DNA from: Comamonadaceae bacterium
GTDB taxonomy: Bacteria; Pseudomonadota; Gammaproteobacteria; Burkholderiales; Burkholderiaceae_C
NCBI GenBank assembly: GCA_947485165.1
Contig: CANKRG010000001.1
Span: 17,719-81,718, forward strand
Length of the DNA stretch: 64,000 bases
Reading direction: 5' to 3'
A program made the translations under genes and the position numbers. The notes below the pieces were generated by a model that searched no databases, was not told where the DNA came from, and saw only the letters and a program-made list of their open reading frames with translations. Shown here piece by piece: positions 62,320-64,000 of the stretch (positions within the stretch are counted from its first letter, which is position 1; each line of letters starts with the position of its first letter).

Positions 62320-63213
62320 TTAACTGGGCTTTTGGGATTGTTCGCAATCGACGTGAATCAATTCATGCTTTAATTCTCCGTCTAGAGAGCCTGATTCACC
62401 CAGTCGCAATGCATTCAAGCAACCGCCCCACACGCAGCCGCCATCCAGCGCCAGCACATCGGGTCGGTTCAGCCAACCCAACGTTGACCAATGCCCAAAG
62501 GCAACGGTGATGTCTTTGGTGGCTCGGCTGGGCACGTCAAACCACGGCAGATAGCCCGCTGGTATGGCGTGCAAATTGTCTTTGGAGGCGAACTCCATCT
62601 CACCATCGGCGCTGCAAAATCGCAGCCGCGTCAAGGCATTCACGATCACCCGCAGCCGCGCCGGGCCGGTCAGCCCATCGTGCCATTCGGTCGGCGTGTC
62701 GCCATACATATGTTGAAAAAATTCTCGCAAGTCAGTCTCGTTTGCATCGCGCAAGATGGTTTCAACTTCAGCTGCAAGTGCTATTGTTTTTGTAGCTGTC
62801 CAGGCGGGTAAAACACCGGCATGAACCATGAGTAGTTCGGACGCTTGAGGGTTTTTGGCGTTCTCTGGAGCATCCAGACTGTGCAACATCGCCAAGCGCT
62901 GCTGTCGCAGCCAGTGGATCAAGACCGGCAACCGGGGTGACTGCAATATTTGCGTCAAGGTGTCTTTGCGATGGGGTTGCCGCACGCCATAGGCTATCGC
63001 CAGCAAGTTCAGGTCATGGTTGCCCAGCAGGCAGCGCGCCGCATCTCCATAATGCATCAGGCGTTCCAGCACAGCCAGTGAGTCTTGGCCGCGGTTGACC
63101 AAATCGCCCAGTACAAACACCGTGTCGCGGCTGGGTGAGAAATCTATTTTTGCGAGCAATTGCGCAAAAGCGCTGTTGCAGCCTTGCAGGTCGCCAATGA
63201 GGTAGTGTGCCAT
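62320..63213 (-). CDS. apaH: Bis(5'-nucleosyl)-tetraphosphatase, symmetrical (ApaH)
   Basis: 297-aa ORF starting MAHYLIGDLQGC, with ..GDLVNRG.. and ..GNHD.. metallophosphoesterase motifs. Confidence 0.93.
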   Translation of the reverse strand: MAHYLIGDLQGCNSAFAQLLAKIDFSPSRDTVFVLGDLVNRGQDSLAVLERLMHYGDAARCLLGNHDLNLLAIAYGVRQPHRKDTLTQILQSPRLPVLIHWLRQQRLAMLHSLDAPENAKNPQASELLMVHAGVLPAWTATKTIALAAEVETILRDANETDLREFFQHMYGDTPTEWHDGLTGPARLRVIVNALTRLRFCSADGEMEFASKDNLHAIPAGYLPWFDVPSRATKDITVAFGHWSTLGWLNRPDVLALDGGCVWGGCLNALRLGESGSLDGELKHELIHVDCEQSQKPS

Positions 63214-63269
63214 GCGGTTATTATGTGTCCTGTGTGAACAATTGCTATTTTTGAATTTTCGAAAGCCAC

Positions 63270-64000
63270 ATGGACTTAATCCTGATTTTAGTGTTGACGC
63301 TGTTCAACGCCGTGTTTGCCATGTCAGAAATGGCACTGACCGCCAGCAAAAAAGCGCGTTTAGCGGCGATGGCCGAAGCGGGTGACAAAGGCGCTGAGAC
63401 AGCCTTGGCTTTGATGGATCAGCCCACACATTTTTTATCGACTGTGCAAGTTGGCATCACCTCTATCGGCATGTTGAACGGTATTGTGGGTGAGGCTGCT
63501 TTCTCAGAAGGCGTGTCGCTGTTTTTGCAAGATTTTGGCACATCGCCGAAAATTGCCGGTGTGGCTGCTACCACTATTGTCGTCGTTGTCATCACGTTCA
63601 TCACGCTGATATTTGGCGAATTGGTACCTAAACGCATTGGTCAGCTGCACCCTGAAGCGGTGGCCAGGCTTATTTCTCGTCCGATGAATGCTGTAGCAAC
63701 TATAGCATCTCCCTTCGTGAAATTGCTGGCTGCATGCACCCAAGGCATACTCAAGCTATTGCGATTTGATGTTCACGCCGTGCGCAGCGTGACAGAAGAA
63801 GAAATCACCGCCAGTTTGGAAGAGGGCGTTGATGCTGGGTTGATCGAAGCACATGAACACCAAATGGTGCGCAATGTGTTTCATCTGGACGACAGGCCGC
63901 TCACCTCATTGATGATTCCGCGTATGGACATTGTGTGGTTAGGGGCGCAGCTCACAGTCGTGCAGGCATTGCAGCAAATTGGCGAACATTCCGCCAGCGC
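63270..64000 (+). CDS. CNNM/DUF21 + CBS domain membrane protein (TlyC/CorC-like), N-terminal part (3' end outside the window)
   Basis: The frame is open from ATG 63270 to the window end, so it is absent from the closed-ORF track. MDLILILVLTLFNAVFAMSEMALTAS...GELVPKRIG is the DUF21 signature. Confidence 0.85.
   Translation, partial: MDLILILVLTLFNAVFAMSEMALTASKKARLAAMAEAGDKGAETALALMDQPTHFLSTVQVGITSIGMLNGIVGEAAFSEGVSLFLQDFGTSPKIAGVAATTIVVVVITFITLIFGELVPKRIGQLHPEAVARLISRPMNAVATIASPFVKLLAACTQGILKLLRFDVHAVRSVTEEEITASLEEGVDAGLIEAHEHQMVRNVFHLDDRPLTSLMIPRMDIVWLGAQLTVVQALQQIGEHSAS

Noticed and set aside
62309-62330. Perfect 11-bp tandem duplication TTAACTGGGCT x2 spanning the apaH stop codon
   Set aside because: It is real in the sequence, but the extra copy lies after the stop codon and does not change the protein. 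It is most simply a slipped-strand duplication of no evident function.

Overview
This is a 64-kb chromosomal segment with gene order typical of Betaproteobacteria, order Burkholderiales: secA-argJ; yacG-zapD-coaE-pilD-pilC; ispB<>rplU-rpmA-obg-proB; rppH<>proS; hemA-prfA...prmC; ugpBAEC-ugpQ; DUF3683 oxidoreductase-DUF971-ubiE-Tim44-ubiJ-ubiB; aspS; dusB-fis-purH; a BMP/ABC nucleoside transporter with two purine deaminases; dcd, rhlE, apaH. The taxonomic placement rests on gene order and protein motifs only. About 60 protein genes are supported and nearly all are housekeeping. Reading both strands, I found no rRNA, tRNA, CRISPR array, transposase, integrase or phage genes. Three things are not ordinary core genome. 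(1) A roughly 45-bp AT-rich interspersed repeat family, which I cannot assign to a known family, has at least 10 copies. Two copies sit in frame inside coding sequences (a linker of the 1.3-kaa FAD/Fe-S oxidoreductase and the signal-peptide region of a lytic transglycosylase), and a head-to-head pair lies inside the ugp operon. (2) Two other palindromic repeat types are present: a perfect nested 26-bp inverted repeat of ATTCCC-N8-GGGAAT (dRS3-like) units between ugpC and ugpQ, and an FDKLRANG-type inverted repeat between hemA and prfA. (3) A roughly 4.4-kb accessory islet (26.0-30.4 kb) sits between hemA and the ugp operon. It encodes a lipoprotein-type S8 subtilase with a C-terminal beta-barrel (SphB1/NalP-like architecture), a 5'-truncated trypsin-like/TPR gene remnant, and an orphan HTH-fused HipA-family kinase (YjjJ/HipH type) with no adjacent antitoxin. 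I do not see a clear multi-gene defence or secretion system. The repeat family and its in-frame CDS copies are my best candidates for something undescribed. All calls come from reading the sequence and ORF translations; no database search was possible.
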